64,000 bases of DNA from Phoronis australis (lineage: Eukaryota; Animalia; Phoronida). The notes beneath the pieces were generated by a model that saw only the letters and a list, made by a program, of their open reading frames with translations, was not told the origin of the DNA and made no database searches. Both the position numbers and the translations under genes were made by a program. Shown piece after piece: positions 62,918-64,000 of the stretch (position 1 is the stretch's first letter; each line of letters opens with the position of its first letter). The stretch spans positions 532,868 through 596,867 of the forward strand of contig NMRA01000242.1 in assembly GCA_002633005.1 (NCBI GenBank). The letters are read 5' to 3'.

Positions 62918-64000
62918 ATTTATTTTCGGCGTTTGAGATCCCTGAAAGACATACATGTGTATTGGAGCGCGAATCACATTATGATAACAACATTGTGCGT
63001 TTTTCTTCTCAAGTCATAATGCCTGGGAAGGTGGTGGGATTTTTATCCCCCAGGGTGAAAAAAGCATGCATTTTTGACGATGTGATAAAATCGTGTATAT
63101 CTAGGCTACAACGTATTGTAATTTTACACTTACAATATATTATACCTATATGGAGGCAAGGTTCATGAATTTCTCCTAGAAGTCGAATCTGTTGCGACAT
63201 GTCATATATTGCCATCATATACATGTGTCCACGAGCAATCCACAAAAACCATCAACAGTAGATCACGTCTGTCGAATTCCAAACACATGTCTCGCATGAA
63301 GTCCAAGGCGAACCAGTTTTACTCGGATAGTAAGAAGCGGGGCCTACTCTAATTATAAGGAGTAAAGCTTTCTTTTCTAACTCTACGTCCAATCAGCCGC
63401 TCACTACAAAAATGGACCAGCTTGCGTATACACCAAATGGTCGCAAGAAGGGGGCGAGTGCACGTGCTCCCCACTCTCCACTAATTTAGAAGTATCTTGG
63501 TTAAACCGTGTGGGACCCTGGACAGTTGAGAAAAAACAGCGAAATATGAAAAAGGAAGTTGAAAAAATAATTGTCAACTACTAGTGCTTGATTTACCATT
63601 TGTGGACGCTGGCCAAGACATTGTTGGGAGACCCCACTTTTTTGCACCACAAATCGTCTAAACGCGTTTGGAGACGTGCACTTCCTTAGTCGTACGTGTC
63701 TTTCAGAAAAGTCAGAAAATTATAAAGTACAACTTTTCCTCAGCATAACAGTTCACTGAATTTTACAGAAAACAATTTTATTAGTGCAGAAGTAATGATC
63801 TAAATTACGCCATATACCATTTTTGACAAGGATTACTGCAGTCCTTAATCGATCTCTTTTTATCGTCTTTTCTCGAAAGCGTACATCACTCAATGATGGA
63901 ATCGAATGAACCTTCCACATTTATGTTAAAGAAAACCTCTCTTGGAGGGACACACGATGTTGGAATTAACTGTCACAGTTCTATTTTTCCTAGTATTAAC

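Overview
This window looks like AT-rich metazoan (probably marine invertebrate) genomic scaffold DNA rather than prokaryotic sequence. It shows GT-AG exon/intron structure, one N-gap and dense transposon debris. The only host gene I can support is a + strand multi-immunoglobulin-domain protein gene. It has a probable half-Ig exon at 20802-20982 and seven single-domain, symmetric phase-1 Ig exons between 42707 and 62055; the gene start and end are not visible here. The remainder is TE-derived: a Penelope-like GIY-YIG retroelement with a degenerate hammerhead motif, two families of TTAA-flanked Kolobok elements with THAP-transposase and KolX (P2X7-ballast-like) remnants, and an internally deleted two-LTR BEL/Pao element. 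There are also several Gypsy relics, one with a PHD-finger integrase and an apparently spliced extra ORF, an L1/Tx1 element, tRNA-derived SINE heads, and many MITEs, including a CA...TG family with 5-bp TSDs. All family calls come from motif recognition by eye, not database searches.
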